Assembly: GCA_043228905.1 (NCBI GenBank)
Contig: JBHGNT010000009.1
Location: 744,001-808,000, forward strand
Direction: 5' to 3'
DNA from: Azolla caroliniana
Lineage: Eukaryota > Plantae > Polypodiophyta
DNA length: 64,000 bases
Shown piece after piece: positions 38,335 to 50,009 of the stretch. Position 1 is the first letter of the stretch. Each line of letters starts with the position of its first letter. Position numbers and translations under genes: made by a program. Under the pieces are notes generated by a model that was not told the origin of the DNA, made no database searches, and was given only the letters and a program-made list of their open reading frames with translations.

Positions 38335-41300
38335 TGATGTGCAAAACAGCGCTCGGTCACAAACCGAGGAACAGGGTCGATTCACAGAAAACGGGAAATG
38401 CAAGAATGCACGAAGACAATAGAGAGAAGAGTACACTGGATGTTTTACGTGGAAAACCCTAAATGGGAAAAAAACCACGGGAGTCCTCAAACTCCAACTA
38501 TCACTAAAACAGAGATGTACAATGGCGAAGCTACAAGGCAACAACCTTGAGCTCACTATCTTCACCACAGGCGGCGGTAATACACAGAGGCAACGACCTC
38601 TTCGTCTCTCTCTCTCTCGGCTGCTCTCACTTCGCTCCCTCTTCGTGGAAAACAGAAAAATGAGCAACAACATAAAACTGTTTGCCCTAAGTCATATTTA
38701 TACATATATGACTTTCGGGCTATTTACAAATATAGCCTCAAGGGACCTTGGCAAACATATTCACAAATATGTCCCCGCATCCGGATCTCTCTCCGGGTAC
38801 ATACGTCATCCGGCTCGTAACCGGGGTCTTCAGCATCCGGCTCTGTAACCGGGGTCTTCATCATCCGGATCCGCAGCCGGGTACTCTTCATCCGGCTTCA
38901 TGCCGGGTACTCTTCATCATACGGTTCCGTAACAGCCTCCGGGCTTGCCTTCATTCATCTCCGGACATCCCATCCGGAGGGACCGAAATCCCAACAAGCT
39001 CCCCCTTCACTTCGGCATGGGATGTCTCTCCAACCCGATCCTCTTCCGGCATGCTTCCAGCTTGTCGGGTGTGAGCACCTTGGTCAGCATATCCGACCCG
39101 TTCTCGTCCGTGTGGATCTTCGTCAGCACGAACTCCTCGTCTTCTATCCTCTCCCGGATCCAGTGGTATCTACGCTGGATGTGTTTCGTCCGGGAATGGT
39201 AGGCCGCGTTCTTCGCAAGGTGGATGGCACTCTGACTGTCACAGTAGAGTCGGTACTCCTCTTGCCGGATACCGAGCTCTCTAATGAAGTCCTTCATCCA
39301 TATTATTTCCTTGCCTGCTTCAACAGCCGCCATGTACTCCGCCTCCGTGGTTGACAGCGCAACCATCTTCTGCAGCCTCGACTGCCACGAAACAGCTCCA
39401 CCTGCATACGTCATCACATACCCTGATGTGGACCGGCTGGTATCTGCATCAGCCGACATATCCGAATTGGTAAAGCCGTCGAGTTCGGGCTTACCGGAGC
39501 CGAATCGGAGGCACACGTTTGCCGTGCCCTTCAGGTATCGGAGTATCCACTTGACCACGTTCCAGTGCTCTTTGCCGGGGTTGCTCATGTACCGGCTCAC
39601 CACTCCAACTGCATATCCTATGTCCGGTCTTGTACACACCATAGCGTACATCAAGCTTCCGACGGCAGAGGCATATGCTACTTTCATCATGTCCTCCTTC
39701 TCAGCCTTTGTCTTGGGGCTTTGCTTGCTGGACAACTTGCAGTTTGCCGGTAGGGTTGACCCGACCGGTCTTGCTTCCAACATGTTAAACCGGTGAAGCA
39801 CCTTTGTCACGTACTTCTCCTGTGACAGCCACAACTGCTTCTTCTTCCGGTCCCGGATGATGTGCATCCCTAGTATTTGCCTCGCCGGACCCAGGTCCTT
39901 CATTGAGAAGGTTCGGTGAAGCGCTTTCTTCAGCATCCGTATCTTGACCTGGTCCCGTCCGACGATCAACATGTCGTCCACGTACAGGAGGAGTATTAGA
40001 GAGTCTCCTCCTTCGAACTTCTTCACAAACACGCAGTGATCAGACTGCGTTTTGTGGTACCCTTCGTCGGTCATGAAGGAGTCGAACTTCCGGTACCATT
40101 GCCGGGGAGCCTGCTTCAGTCCGTAAAGGCTCTTCTTCAACCGGCATACCAGGTGCTCCTTCCTTTTCTTCTCGAATCCTTCCGGTTGCTGCATGTAGAT
40201 CTCTTCGTCGAGGTCACCGTGAAGGAATGCCGTCTTCACGTCCATCTGTTCTACCTCGAGGTCCATACTTGCCGCTATGCTCAGCACCGTCCGGATGGAG
40301 GTCATCTTCACTATCGGGGCAAATATCTCGTCGAAGTCGACGCCCTTCTTCTGCTGGAACCCCTTCACCACGATCCTGGCTTTGTATCTCAGGGGGTTTT
40401 CGGCATCTCCCGGTTTCAGCTTGAACACCCACTTGTTTCGAAGTGCCCGCTTTCCTTTCGGCAACTCCACAAGTTCATATGTGTGGTTCTCATGCAGGGA
40501 ATCCATCTCCTCCTGCATGGCACTTAACCACCTGCGGCTATGGGTGTCAAGTTTTGCTTCTTCAAAACTCTCCGGCTCCCCCTCGTCGGTCAGCAGCACG
40601 TGCTCAGGTTCCGGAAATCTCCGGGGGGCCCTTCTCTCTCTTAGAGGATATCTCCGTTCCGGAGCTTCGGTAACCGGCTCCTCCGATTCCTCTTCATCCG
40701 AATCCATTTCGGGATCGGGGCCGGTTCCGGTATCAGTTTCATCTTCCTCGGCCGGTTTTGTTTCTTCACCGTCTTCGGCCGGATCCTCGAGTGCTAACCG
40801 GTCCCTTGCCGGTCGGGACTGCTCCTCGTAGAGTTGATTCTCACCGGTCGACTTGGAGCTCTTCATCTTCTTCTCCGACTCCCAGTCGGCGAGCGTCTTG
40901 TCCTCCATGAAGATGATATCTCGACTCCTGAATATCTTCTTGTCGACCGGGTCCCATACTCGGTAGCCGAACTCGTCGTCGCCGTAACCGAGGAATATGC
41001 ATGGCCGGGTCTTTGGATCTAGCTTTCCTCTCCGGTCCTTTGCCACATGCACATATGCGAGACACCCGAACACCTTCAGATGCCGGTAGGATACTTCCCT
41101 ACCGGTCCACACTCTCTGCGGCGTGTCTCTGTCCAAAGGTACTGAGGGTGATCTGTTTATCACGTATGTCGCCGTCGACATTGCCTCAGCCCAAAACCCC
41201 TTGGGCAATTTCGCATGCGCCAGCATACTCCGGACCCTCTCCATTTTGGTCCGGTTCATCCTCTCGGCCAGCCCGTTCAGTTCCGGCGTCTTCGGCACAG

Positions 41301-43773
41301 TAAACTCGAGCCGGATTCCCTTCGAGCGACAGTACTCCTCGAACTGCCCCCGGTATTCCCCTCCGTTATCCGCTCGTATCGCTTTCAGCTTCTTACCGGA
41401 TTCCCTTTCCACTCTCGCGTGGAGTTCTTTGAAGATGCACAACACTTGGTCCTTTGTCTTCAACGGTGCCGTCCACAGCTTCCGGCTATGGTCATCTATG
41501 AATGTTACGAAGTACTGGGCTCCGCCATGTGACTTCGTTTCTACCTGACACACATCAGTGTGTACCAACTCCAATGGTACACTACGTCTCATCGGTGGTC
41601 TTGAGCGGAAGGAGGTTCGGTTCTGCTTACCGGCCAGGCAATCGGTGCACTTCTCCAGATGCACATGCTTCACTGGAATAAGGTTGTCTTCTGCAAGCCT
41701 CTTCATCCCCTTCTCGCTCATGTGGCACAGTCTCTTGTGCCACAGCTCACCGGCAGTGTCAGCTGCCACGTTCAGCTCCTCCGGACATAGCCGAGAATTC
41801 ATCAGGTACAGTGTGTTGACCTTCCGGGCCCGAGCCACTATCAGGCTCCCTTTGCTGAACTTCATGACACCGTTCCGGATGCTACCCGTGTAGCCTTCAT
41901 CGTCTAGCCTCCCGGCCGAAATCAGGTTCAATCGAACCTCCGGAACGTGTCGAACATCCTTCAACAGCATCTTGCATCCGGTTGATGTCATCAGCCACAC
42001 GTCTCCTATGCCGGTAATCCGGCATGTACCTTCATTTCCCATCCGGACACAGCCGTGCTCACCGGCTGTGTAGGATGAGAAGTATTTCTTCTCCGGGGTC
42101 AGGTGGAACGACGCTCCGGAATCGACCACCCAGGTCATCTCTTCACCGGCAAGGTTCAGCTCCCTCTCTTCGGTAATGAGCATTATCTCTTCTTCACTTG
42201 CCGCGAGTGCCGTCGTTCCTTTCCGGTCCTGTCCTCGCCGATCCGGACCTCTCCGGTCCGTGGCTCCCCGGTATGCGCCGTTTCGCTCCGGTGACTTCTT
42301 CGAATCGGTGTCGTCGGCTCCGTTGTCTTTTCGGTAATGCCGACAATTCTTCCGGAAGTGCCCCGGCTTCCCACAGTGGAAGCATGTGGGCCTTCCTCTT
42401 GACTGCGACCGGGTCCCCGACTTCTCCCGTCTTTGCGGACTCCGGTTCCGTTGTCTTCCCCATTCCGATTCGGTAAGCAGCATCTTCGGATCGGAGGCCG
42501 GTTCTTTATCTCTCCGACGCGCTTCTTCGTTCAAAATACTTGTCTTTACCGTTTGTAGGGACAAGTTATCTTCGGTGCAGGAGGTGCTGAGAGTCACCAC
42601 CAAGTTCTCCCAGCTTTCCGGCAATGTACACATCAGGATGATGGCTTGCATTGCATCCTCCAACGGGAACTTGATCGCCGCAAGCTGGTTCACGAATCCC
42701 ATGAACGTGCTTACGTGTTCCACCATACTCTCGCCGTCCCGGTACTTGAGGTTCACTATCTTTCTCATCAGGGAGGTCCGGTTCAACGCATTCTTCCTCT
42801 CGTAGAGGCCCGACAGCTTCCGCCACATCTCATATGCGTTAGTGTCGTTCGCCACGTGTTGTAGAACGCTCACGTCGACGTATTGCCGAATGGTTGCAAC
42901 GGCTTTCCGGTTCAGAAGCCTCCATTCCGTCTCAAGTACCCCCTTGGGTATTTCCGACCTGTCGATCGGTTCATACAGGTCCCGAACAATGAGCAGATCC
43001 TCCATCTTTATCTTCCAGTCGGCATAGTTCTACGCATTCAGCACCATCATCCCCGGCTGCCCGCTGCTGCCGCCTTCCATTTTCTGTGTTACCGTGCTCT
43101 GATACCACTTTGATGTGCAAAACAGCGCTCGGTCACAAACCGAGGAACAGGGTCGATTCACAGAAAACGGGAAATGCAAGAATGCACGAAGACAATAGAG
43201 AGAAGAGTACACTGGATGTTTTACGTGGAAAACCCTAAATGGGAAAAAAACCACGGGAGTCCTCAAACTCCAACTATCACTAAAACAGAGATGTACAATG
43301 GCGAAGCTACAAGGCAACAACCTTGAGCTCACTATCTTCACCACAGGCGGCGGTAATACACAGAGGCAACGACCTCTTCGTCTCTCTCTCTCTCGGCTGC
43401 TCTCACTTCGCTCCCTCTTCGTGGAAAACAGAAAAATGAGCAACAACATAAAACTGTTTGCCCTAAGTCATATTTATACATATATGACTTTCGGGCTATT
43501 TACAAATATAGCCTCAAGGGCCCTTGGCAAACATATTCACAAATATGTCCCCGCATCCGGATCTCTCTCCGGGTACATACGTCATCCGGCTCCGTAACCG
43601 GGGTCTTCAGCATCCGGCTCCGTAACCGGGGTCTTCATCATCCGGATCCGCAACCGGGTACTCTTCATCCGGCTTCATGCCGGGTACTCTTCATCATACG
43701 GTTCCGTAACAGCCTCCGCGCTTGCCGTCATTCATCTCCGGACATCCCATCCGGAGGGACCGAAATCCCAACA
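38335..43773 (-). mobile_element. Full-length Ty1/Copia (Tnt1/Tork-like), young
   Basis: LTRs 43773-43111 and 38996-38335, TSD CGATC (38330-38334 / 43774-43778), tRNA-iMet PBS TGGTATCAGAGC (43107-43096), PPT gaagggggag. Confidence 0.97.
39007..43080 (-). CDS. Copia Gag-Pol polyprotein (one TAG at codon 17; remaining 1332-aa ORF open)
   Basis: CFHCGKPGHFRKNC, WVVDSGAS, WHKRLCH, HTD/DNGGEY/AER, MDVKTAFL, YVDD, AEY and YCDSQSA. TAG at 43032-43030. Confidence 0.93.
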
Positions 43774-46700
43774 CGATCTTCTTTGGTCGTAACCGGTGCG
43801 TCCGGTTGAACCAGGTCTTGTTCCGCTCCCTTGCTGCTCGCAGCTTTTCCTTCGCTTGTATCATGTCCTCCGGCCTCCGCTCGAGTTGCCGAATCCACGC
43901 CGCCAACAACTCCTCCCGGCTCATTTCGTCCTTCCAATCTACCGCCGCCCACGAAGTAACCGTCCGTTCCACCGGCATGATCGGCTTTTGTCCGTAAATT
44001 AGCTCCGCCGGCATAAACCCTGCCACCGGAAGGAGTCGCGGCCAATTCCCGACCTGCCCACCACATGCACGCACCAACGCCTTTACAATCGGTCCGTGCC
44101 CACGTTCAACCTTTCTGTTCGCTTCCGGATTGTACGCCGTGGTGAGGGAGAGTTTGACGCCTAGCCGGTCGAACAGCTCCTCGGCCTCCCACGCATCCAG
44201 CTCTCCCCGGTCCGGCACGATCCTCCCGACGCACCCGTACTGACACACTACTTCTTCGATCAGGAACCGGCATACCACCGCGGTTGTCTTGCTTTGCAAT
44301 GCACGACCTTCCACCTGGTTTGTTAAGTCCTCTCGTGCAAGCACCAGGTATCGCATCTGTCCTACCCCCATCGACATCGTCACCAAGTCGACCATCCACT
44401 TGAAATGGACCGTAGGCGGGTAGGTCGGGTGTAACTCGTCCCGATGTCGGACTACAGAGTGCATCTGACAGCTTTCGCAAGTCGTTACGTACCGATGCAC
44501 GTCCTGGTACAACCCCGACCACCAGTACTTCTCCTTCAGCTTCTCGAAAGTGGCCCACGTTCCGCGGTGTCCGGCCCAGGGGCTCTCGTGAAATGCCGCC
44601 AGTAGTTTCCCCTGTTCTTCTTTCTTTGCCACTACTCGGAGTGGAGTGCCACTTCTCTTCTTGGGGTGCCTCCATATGCACCCATCCCGCAGGAAGAATC
44701 GGTACGCCTTCCTCCGTATCCGACTCGCCTCCTCTCTCGCCCATGCTGCGTCTGGCGTCATCGTCCGTAGGAACCTCCCGATTTGGAGCCACTCCCTGTC
44801 GTACCTGCTTTCGTCAAATTCGTTAAGCGCCGGAGAGTTCCCTTTCCTCGTCGTTACGTTAGCCAACCCGAAGAAGTCCTCACCGACTTCTTCGTCATCC
44901 GAAACCATGCCGTCTTCGTCGTTGAACCTTGCCCTCGAAAGCATGTCGGCCATGGCGTTGTCCTTTCCGGAGATGTGCCGTATCTCCGGGTTCAGGGACT
45001 TAATGTACGCTATCCACCGGAGCATTGCGAGGTCTGGCGTCGCGCATCCGGAAACCATGCCGAGTATCGGCAGGCAGTCCGTCTCGATAATCACCTCCGT
45101 CCCGATCAGATAATCCTTGTCGGCCTTGACTGCCGAAACGACACCCCAAAGTTCGCGCTTAACTTGGGCGTATCCTCGCTGCCACTCGCTCAATACCTTC
45201 GCCCCGAACCGGATCGGGAATCGTACGCCGCCCTTGCCCTCTTGGCTGATTACCCACCCGATCCCGGTCGGGCTGGTGTCCACCGTTACGCAGATGGGAA
45301 CATCCTTTCCGTAAACCGCCTTACGGAGAGCCGGCGCTGCCGTAAGCGCCTCCTTTAGTCTCCGTACCGACTCCGTGTGCTCCGTCCTCCAGTCAAAGCT
45401 ATGCCCCTTTTTCAATAGTTCGTAGAGGGGTTCCACGACATGTGCGTAGTGCGGGATCCAGATGTGGTAGAACGCGCATGCCCCCAGGAATCTGCGGACC
45501 TCCATGACCGACCCGCAATCGTTCCTCATCGTGGAGATGGCCTCTACCTTTGCCGAAGACGGTTTCCTACCGTAGGGCCCGCACAAGTGTCCGACCACCA
45601 AGATCTCCGACTGTCCGAAGGCCGACTTTTCCCCGGAGAAGGTGAGCCTCGCGCCTTCTAGTCTCTCCTCGCAGTCATCGATGTGAGTCGCCACGAAATT
45701 TCGACATCCGTCCGGCTCGACTGCCTCGTCCTTTTCCTCCACCGGGCATCCCTTGATCGGGATGTCGTCTAAGAATGGCATGGTGATGTCCAGGATACAA
45801 TCCCTGAGCACTTTGTTCATCGCGTTCACCATGTGAGCCACTGAGTTCGTCCCTCCTTGTGGCAGGGTACACATCCGCACTAGGCCTAGAGGAGTCCGCA
45901 TCGTCGTAATGTCTCGGCACTCCACGGCTAGTTGGAACTGATCATACCCCGAGTACAGATCACCGACAGAGTAAATCGACCTTCCGGCGAAGGCCTCCGC
46001 GAACTCGTCTATGGTCGGTCCGATTCCTGCGTTACGGATGGTCACCTTGTTGACCGGTTGCAGGTGTCCTGAATGAAGCGCAACGTGCCATTCTTCTTTG
46101 GCACCGTAAACCACCGATTCGAATACGGGGCACTCGACGGTTCGAGGATGCCCATCTCCACCTTTTGCTTTAGGAGCTCCATCAACTTCGGGATGTGAGC
46201 TCTTGGCACCGGAATCGGCTTGAGATTCCACAGTACATGCGGTATCATGAAGATCACCATCGGTTCGACAACTGTCGGGTCTACGCACCCGATCTCCTCC
46301 GGTGAGAATGTGAAAGCCTTCCCATGCCTCCCGAGCATTCTTCGGAACCGGTCCTCCTCTGCCGGCAGTAGAAAGCCGCCCCCACCGACCTTGAGCTCCC
46401 GTAGCGTTATGTCGGTGAACCGGTGCCCTATGCCAGCCAGATTTCGTAAACTTGGGTCTGACAAGACCCCCTTTATCCGCTCCTCGTTGTGCTCCGGCAA
46501 GCGTGCCGCGACTGGCCTCACCTTCCGGTCCACAGTCTTGTATTTCGTATCCACGCGGGCCGTCCAATCCGACCCGATCCTTTCCCCGAAGTCTGCGATG
46601 ACTTCGTACATTCCCATCGCTCCTCCGCTTGCTTCCTCTCCCTGCCGCTGACGCTGTTTATAGTACAACCTCCGCTGTCGGAGAACCAAAATTTCCTACC

Positions 46701-47162
46701 TATGGTACAAGTCTTCTTCCGTACTGTACATTTGTGGGGTTGTTCCCGGGTGTCCGGACTATCGCGGCCCCACGCCTTGATAGCCCTCTCTAAAAATCCC
46801 CTCGGGTTTTGCTGCCGAGGGCCTCGCGGTTACGCTCGTGGTTTGGTCGCACCGTTAGGAACTGGACCGAGTGACGCCCGTCTTGGCTCTTGACTCTTGC
46901 ATAGGCTGAACCGTTGTCCAACACCTTGGTCTCCATCCGTGCCGCCGTGATATATGGCTCTCCTAGTATAACCGGATGCGAGGACGTCTCTTGCACGAAG
47001 AAGTGCTGGTCGATCTCGACATCGCCGATTTTCACCTGTACGTTCGGACAGGCCCCATGTAGTTCTTCCGTGGCGCGCTGTCGTAGTGTAGGTTGCACAC
47101 TATGTGGAAATTATATTTTTGTCCCTCCGGATAGAGAATGGAGTGCTCGGTGAGAACCGGAA

Positions 47163-47280
47163 GAAAACGGCATACCGGCAAGGAGGAAAAACGGCATACC
47201 GGCAAGGAGGGAAAACGGCATACCGGCAAGGAGGAAAACGGCATACCGGCAAGGAAGAAAACGGCATACCGGCAAGGAAG
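47163..47280 (+). repeat. 24-25-bp tandem repeat in family B U3
   Basis: GAAAACGGCATACCGGCAAGGA.. occurs 5 times here and in the solo LTR, 4 times in the 3' LTR (~53683-53775). Confidence 0.92.
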
Positions 47281-47944
47281 AGCCGGATAAAGAGACATAA
47301 ATGTAAAAAGAAAGGAAATACTCACTACTGCGCAGGGCGTGATTCAAACTCTGCACCTCCACGTTGACAAACCCCAACCTTACCATTACATTAACTTATC
47401 TTAAGTGTTTTAAATATAGATTTAATACGTATAAGACCTTTATTTATGCATACCTTTATTAAAAGGTAAATCGTGTATTTTTTTAATATATGAAAAAGAA
47501 AAACACGAGACACTAAAAATAACTCATGCACATCTAGCATGCATGAGCCCTATACTTAGGAAATAAAAAAGCATCACATGCACATTTTAGTGGACATGAA
47601 CACTTTTTGTAAAAAAAAAAAAGAAAGCATGAAGCCATGCTTAGCTCTTCCTTCCTTATATAAGGAGGAGAGAAATATATAAAGGGTTGTTGATTATTTG
47701 GATTAAGTATTAATCAATACAAAAATTATTCGTGGGATTCACGATTTATACATCTACTTCTCTCTTAACACCCTAAGTACCAATTAATATAGTATACTCG
47801 TGTGATTCACGAGTTTCTTATCTTTCTCTTCGCTATTTATTCATAATTAATCTTTATCTCACGAACTTCTTTCTCCTAGTCCAAGACCTCTGTGGTTCCC
47901 ACCCGACTCACGCAACGATCCGGAGCCGAAAGGCACGACACAGT

Positions 47945-47962
47945 TGGTGAACCCGACGTGAA
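47945..47962 (+). promoter_or_regulatory. Primer binding site complementary to the tRNA-Trp(CCA) 3' end
   Basis: TGGTGAACCCGACGTGAA is the reverse complement of ..TTCACGTCGGGTTCACCA, the plant cytosolic tRNA-Trp 3' end as I recall it. Confidence 0.85.
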
Positions 47963-47978
47963 AACGGGTGGCAAGGAG

Positions 47979-50009
47979 ATGGAGGCTCAACAAGCTAACA
48001 ATATGATGGCGATGTTCGAACGGATGCTTCAAGAACAACGCACGATGTCGGAGATTTCGGCATCAGTAGAGCGGCTCGTGCAACGCAACGGGCAATTTAA
48101 TGGTAAGGATGTGTCGCGATATTTGCAGGACTACAAGGCGGAGATGCTCCGGTGCCGGGCTTCGGAAGGACTGCAAGTGACATCCTTTAACCGGGTGGCG
48201 ACCGACGGGCTTCAAGGGAGTATCCACGGGTTACAAAATCCGACGTGGGAAGCATTCGAAGAGGCGTTAAAGACCACGTTTGCCATCGAGGACTCCTCCA
48301 AGGCAACACGGAGGGGATTCGAGGATTGGGTGGAAACGTCAGGTAAGGGGCTGAAGGTCCTCGAAGTGTTTTCGACATTCGAAAGTCGGTTCGGGAGGTT
48401 GTCCGCGAGAGATCAAACTATTCTTGCACCGGACAAAGTCATCATGTTTTTGCGAGCTGTGGACGTCCGGGACCGGAAAGATCTCGGAGTGCTTCTTGAG
48501 GACACGACCACCGAAAGCGGCCTCACCGAAACATGGGAAAGCGTGCGGGATATCGTCGCGCGGTACACGAAGAGGGGGCAATGGCTTGCCAACGAAGAAA
48601 AGAGGGTTTCGGAACCGATTCCGAAACCGAGAACGGGACTGGAAGACCATCAACCGAGGGCTCGGGAGATTACGGCCGAGAAGGGAGTCGACGCGTCTAC
48701 GGTGGAGCAGCTGCTGAAGGAGATGGAGAATCTAAAGATCGCGATGGTGAAGAAGTCGGATGACCGCCCCACAAGCTCCAAATATACGGATCGACGGTGC
48801 ATATGGTGCGATAGCGCCGAACACGATCGGAGGGATTGCGACGACCATAAGGAGGCGCTACGACGGGATCTCATCTACTACGAGGGAAACCGGATTCATT
48901 CGATGGACTCTCGGAAGCCACTCCGACCGAACTTCCGGAAAGGCGGCATGAAGAAGGTGCTCGAGGAGGAGTTAGCGGCAAGAAGCAACTATGCAACAAC
49001 CGCGGGAATATGTGTCGGGGAGTCATCGGGAGCGAAGGCGTCTTTCTGGCCGGAGGTGCTAGGAAACACCGAGAAAACCGACTCCAACGATATCCGAAAC
49101 ACCGCGGAAGGCGTCCGGGAAGCTACGGGATGGGAGTGCCCTGTCGACAAGAATAGCATATACGCCCTGTGTCAATTACATGAGGTGTATGTGGACGAGA
49201 AACGACGGCGCACGGAGGATGCGGCCGGACCATCGAAGATACCGGAAAGCTGGAACTCCGGAGGTAAGGGAAAAGAAAAGGCGACTCCGGCATTCAAGCT
49301 CGCCTCGGACATAGAACAACAAACCGACTTGAAAAGAGTGTTCGAGGAAAGAATCTTGGATAGCCGGGTAGATTTTTCGTTGCGGGAACTACTCGGAATA
49401 GCGAAGAAGGAGTTTCACGATCTTCTCGTGGATCTCGTGAAAAGGAAGAGACAAAGTACGGAGGAAAATGCTCCAAGGGTGAATGCAAATACCGTTTCAA
49501 CGAACGACACCGAAGTGGAAGGCGAAATTCCGAACTCCCACTATACAAGGCCACACTGGGCCCGTGCGACTACGGAGACTCCGGTCCGAATCGGCAACAT
49601 CAAAGAACCCGTGCTAGCATTGATTGATCACGGATCGGAGATCAACTTGATGTCCGAGTTCTACCGAAAGGGGAAGTGGCCTATAAACACCAACCATGGA
49701 TGGAAGATTCGGGCAGCCACGAAAACGACAGAAGACCTATTTGCGGCTTGTCCGGATGTGACGGTAAAGATCGGGGATGTCGAAATTGACCAAAATTTCT
49801 TTGTGCAGGATGAGGTTTCACATTCTGTCATCCTCGGCCAACCCTTTATCACGGCTTCACGGATGGAGACGAAGGTGCTCGATAGTGGTGTGGCTTTTGC
49901 GCGAATTCGGAGCCAAAACGGAGGGAAATCCGTCCAATTCCTAACGGTGCCGGCAAATCACGAAAGGAACAAGAGGGAACTCTTGCCCCAAGTGAGAATG
50001 GATTTTTAA
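47979..50009 (+). CDS. gag: Gag-protease ORF of family B (~676 aa)
   Basis: FNGKDVSRYL, zinc knuckle CIWCDSAEHDRRDC, aspartic protease ALIDHGSEIN...VILGQPF, all before the stop. Confidence 0.9.
   Translation: MEAQQANNMMAMFERMLQEQRTMSEISASVERLVQRNGQFNGKDVSRYLQDYKAEMLRCRASEGLQVTSFNRVATDGLQGSIHGLQNPTWEAFEEALKTTFAIEDSSKATRRGFEDWVETSGKGLKVLEVFSTFESRFGRLSARDQTILAPDKVIMFLRAVDVRDRKDLGVLLEDTTTESGLTETWESVRDIVARYTKRGQWLANEEKRVSEPIPKPRTGLEDHQPRAREITAEKGVDASTVEQLLKEMENLKIAMVKKSDDRPTSSKYTDRRCIWCDSAEHDRRDCDDHKEALRRDLIYYEGNRIHSMDSRKPLRPNFRKGGMKKVLEEELAARSNYATTAGICVGESSGAKASFWPEVLGNTEKTDSNDIRNTAEGVREATGWECPVDKNSIYALCQLHEVYVDEKRRRTEDAAGPSKIPESWNSGGKGKEKATPAFKLASDIEQQTDLKRVFEERILDSRVDFSLRELLGIAKKEFHDLLVDLVKRKRQSTEENAPRVNANTVSTNDTEVEGEIPNSHYTRPHWARATTETPVRIGNIKEPVLALIDHGSEINLMSEFYRKGKWPINTNHGWKIRAATKTTEDLFAACPDVTVKIGDVEIDQNFFVQDEVSHSVILGQPFITASRMETKVLDSGVAFARIRSQNGGKSVQFLTVPANHERNKRELLPQVRMDF

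Larger units (their letters stand above)
37330..47078 (-). mobile_element. Gypsy family C (relative of family B): PR end, pol and 3' LTR; 5' part lost; interrupted by Copia
   Basis: PR tail 47078-46790; pol pieces 46689-46042, ~46060-43774 and 38334-38046 (DLYSGYDQF, LPQG, PFLDD, DTS, HESPWAGH..CESC, KVERGH). PPT-like ggtgggggtgga, then 3' LTR 37976-37330. Confidence 0.88.

Noticed and set aside
43024-43032. Programmed read-through of the Copia gag TAG
   Set aside because: The context TAG AAC TAT is not the leaky CARYYA motif, and the position near the N-terminus fits a simple nonsense mutation.
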